Part shown: piece by piece, positions 59,959 to 64,000 of the stretch
Position numbering within the stretch: the first letter of the stretch is position 1
Layout of the letters: each line of letters opens with the position of its first letter
Source of the DNA: the human T2T-CHM13v2.0 reference genome, Homo sapiens
Assembly: GCF_009914755.1 (NCBI RefSeq)
Contig: NC_060930.1
Strand: one strand, 5' to 3'
DNA: 64,000 nucleotides
Made by a program: the position numbers and the translations under genes
The notes under the pieces: generated by a model
Database searches by the model: none
Seen by the model: the letters and a program-made list of their open reading frames with translations, nothing else
Told to the model about the DNA's origin: nothing

Positions 59959-61289
59959 TAGTAGAGACGAGGCTTCTCCATGTTGAGGGTGGTCTCGAAC
60001 TCCTGACATCAGGTGATCCACCTCCCTCGGCTTCCCAAAGTGCTGGGATTACAGGCGTGAGCCACCGCGCCTGGCTGGGATTGATAAATGTTGTTTCTTT
60101 ATTGTGGGATCCTGGAATAAAAATTGTTTAGAGTCAGGCGTAGTGGCTCATGCCTGTAATCCCAGTGCTTTGAGAAGCCGAGGCAGGAGGGTCACTCAAG
60201 CCCAGGAGTTAAACACCAGCCTGGCCAACATACTGGGACCCTGCCTCTACAAGAAATTAGCCAAGCATGGTGGCATGTGCCTATAGTCCCAGCTACTCAG
60301 GAGGCTGAGGTGGGAGGATTGCTTGAGCCAGGGAGGTCTGGGTTACAGTGAGTCGTGGTTGAACCACTGCACTCCAGCCTGGATGACAGGTTATCCAAAA
60401 ACAAAACAAAAAAATTATTTAAAGAGCAAAAAGCAAGCGCTAATGGACAATTGATGTGTAAATAAATTTAGGAAGAAGGGAAAACCAGAGAGAGCCTTTT
60501 AACTGAACTTGAACTTGGGGTCTTTCTTTGCTGCCAGTGTTCAGCACTGCAGGGGACCCAGCTGAGCATGTACCCAGCCATTTGTGGACTAAACATGCTC
60601 ATGTACCAGGTTTTGCCCTGAATTGCATCCAAGTGCTGGACAAGAGGCACCAATCCGACAGCACTCAGAGATACTGAGTACCAGGAAAGGTGGCATAGAG
60701 AAATTTGTGCTGAGTCTTTGCAGAATGGAGATGCGCGAGAGAAAGAACCGCTGAATAATGAGGCAGGAAGGAACCTCAGCCTGTTGGAAGAAATACTGAT
60801 TGAAAAATAGTCTAGGAAAAGTTGAGTTAAAGCTTGGATTTTCCAGACTGCAGAACTTTCCAGAACCCTTAATATGTTAATATTATTAATTATTAATCTT
60901 CAAAAGGGGAAATGGAATGTGCATCTTTACCCAAATACAGTTTGGAAAGGCCAGGCTAGAGAAGAGAGCACAATTAGAATAGCAATTCAGAAGGCTTTAG
61001 TAGTATTTTGTGGCTCTGCTGTGGAGAATTTTGAACAGTAGGGTGTGACTTCTGCATTTATTATGATCTGCAATATAAAGCCAATAATTACCTAACTTTA
61101 TATTCTAATCTGGGACTGAGAAAATAATCTTAAGATATTAAAGAAAATTTTCTCTTCTTTAGGAAGGGGAAAGGGTGGAATTTCATTTTCTTCCTATAAA
61201 GATGATTGTATTTTTTATTTATGTGTGTGTGTGTATATACACATGTATAAATTTTATTTTATTTTATTTTTTATTTCTTTTTTAGATGA

Positions 61290-61490
<201 letters not shown>

Positions 61491-61687
61491 TGACTTCAGG
61501 TGATCTGCCTGCCTCGGCCTCCCAACGTGTTGGGATTACAGGCGTGAGCCACCGCGCCCGGCCTATATATATATATATATATATATAAACTTTAAATTAA
61601 CCAAATATAGAGAGATTCTTATTCTTTAATCTTTGGTTAAATGGAAAGATATGAAATATGCCACAACTTTTTAAAAAATAATTTCGC

Positions 61688-62355
61688 TTTTATTTTAGAT
61701 TCAGGGGATGCATGTGCAGGTTTGTTAGCTAGGTATATAGTGTGGTGCTGAGGTTTGGGGTACAATTGATCCCATCCCCCAGGTGCTGAGCGTAGTACCT
61801 AATAGGTAGTTTTTCAACTCTTGCCCCCTCCCTCTCTCCCTTGTCTAGTAGTTCCCAGTGTCTACTGTTGCCATCTTTCTGTCCACGAGCACTTAATGTT
61901 TAGCTCCTATTTATTTATTCATTTATTTGTATTTTATTTTTGAGACAGTCTTGCTCTGTCGCCCAGGCTGGAGTGCAGCGGCGTGATCTCAACTCACTGA
62001 AACCTCTGCCTCCCAGGTTCAAGCGATTCTCCTGCCTCAGCCTCCTGAGTAGCTGGGATTACAGTTGTGCACCACCACGCCTGGCTAATTTTTGTATTTT
62101 TAGTAGAGACAGGGTTTCACTATGTTGGCCAGACTGGTCTTGAACTCCTGACCTCAAGCGATCCACCCACCCCAGCTTCCCAAAATGCTGAGATTATAGG
62201 CGTGAGCCACTGCACCCAGCCTAGCTCCCACTTACAAGTGATAACATGCAGTATTTGTTTTTCTGTTCCTGGCTTAATTCGCATAGGATAATGGCCTCCA
62301 GCTGCATCCATGTTGCTGCAAAGGACATGATTTTATTCTTTTTTATGGCTGCATG
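61688..62355 (-). mobile_element. L1PA13-16-type 3' end with an Alu (~61910-62221)
   Basis: TTTTAGATTCAGGGG...CATGTGCAGGTTTGTT...GGCCTCCAGCTGCATCCATGTTGCTGCAAAGGACATG. Confidence 0.8.
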
Positions 62356-63522
62356 TCACAACTTTTAAATTTACAGTATGTGGGAAGTGCCTTAGATTAT
62401 CCTGATGAAAGATTTCATATTTTTAATCTCCTTATTAAGTTACATCTGTCTAGACTTGCTGATACTTTGGGGATTGGGTGGAAGAGAAAGAGGAGTAGAA
62501 AATGAGGATAAGTAAAATTTTTTTGCATTGAGCACACTTTGGATGGATTTCATTGTTCAAATAATTCTGATAATTTGCATTAGATTTAGTTTTTATTTTT
62601 TGGTCTCCAGTAACAACTGTTTGTAGAACTAATTTCTATGGCACGTAATTGCATGTGGAGCTAACCCTCCTGGGGCAAGCCACTTATGCCTACAAACTCT
62701 CCCTTAACCATATTTTCTGGGGCCAGAGACAATTGGACTACTGTGGAGTGAAAAGCTGTAGATTATTGTGTCCTCAAACTCTCTGCCGCTCCTGCAATGA
62801 ATACTGGAGGTATTGTAACTGTATGTGAACTTGAACGAAGATCAGGGGAAGGTCACACAGAGCCTTCTTGAATGGAGTTGCAAATTCTTCCTCTGGCAAA
62901 TACAAGTAAAGGGAAATGTCATGAGTTTGTTGCTTTTTATGGTCATGAAGAGGGAAAAATCCCCAAAGCTTGTGATTCCTTTGCTGTGAGCTGACCAGCT
63001 GGCTTTTTTCAGCATTGGAGAAGAACTTGAGAAGGACACTGATTTATTTTTTCCTTGAGTCTGATCACTGACAGTCTCATAGAAAAGCAAATAACTATAT
63101 TCTGAGACTGTAACTAAACTAAACTTTTAAGAAGGTTGTTTCTTTGTAAAACCTAAAAATCAACATAGGGCTATTCTTGTAAGATTACTTTTGGCCACAT
63201 AAAGAGGAAGAGCTCATTCTACTGATTCCTGCTTCTTAATAAATATCTACTAAACTATATGTATTTTATTTTATTAATTTATTTATTTGAGACAGGGTCT
63301 TGCTCTGTTGCCCAGGCTGGAGTGCAGTGGCACTATCTTGGCTCCTGGGTTCAAGTGATCCTCCTGCCTCAACCTCCTGAGTAGCTGGGCTTACAGGTGT
63401 GTGCTGCTACACCAGCTAATTTTTGTATTTTTAGTAGAGACAGGGTTTCACCATGTTAGTCAGGCTGGTCTTGAACTCCTGACCTCAAGTGATCTGCCCA
63501 CCTCAGCCTCCCCAAGTGCTGA

Positions 63523-63849
<327 letters not shown>

Positions 63850-64000
63850 TAGTAGAGATGGGGTTTCACCATGTTGGCTGGGCTGATCTCAAATTCCTGA
63901 CCTCAGGTAATCCACCCACCTTGGCCTTCCAAAGTGCTGGGATTACAGGTGTGAGCCACGGCGCCCGGCCTATATTTTTTAAAATAACATATTTTCCTAG

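Overview
Primate (human-like) genomic DNA, about half interspersed repeats: roughly 70-75 Alu copies or fragments by eye, several L1, L2, MIR, LTR and DNA-transposon fossils. The only protein-coding sequence I can support is the first coding exon of AKAP12 (gravin/SSeCKS, alpha isoform; 45183-45344, MGAGSSTEQRSPEQ...DPATK). It lies in a CpG island (~44240-46150) with an E-box and a perfect CArG box upstream; everything after 45344 is AKAP12 intron. The upstream 44 kb holds a full-length RPS12 processed pseudogene, a U6 snRNA retrocopy, a dead Hsmar1 mariner, and solo LTRs (LTR8A-like, MER34-like, MER41 with two intact GAS motifs). Nearly all other ORFs in the track are Alu, L1 or microsatellite artefacts. 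I see no evidence of a new gene system. The most unusual signals are rearrangement scars and candidate regulatory elements: a 250-bp templated inverted duplication at 16.5-17.3 kb, a U6+L1 tandem with three copies of one target site, an A-A'-A micro-palindrome in the intron, the MER41 GAS pair and an intronic ARE. Repeat family names come from recall of consensus sequences, and repeat boundaries are approximate (about +/-10-30 bp) unless a TSD is given.
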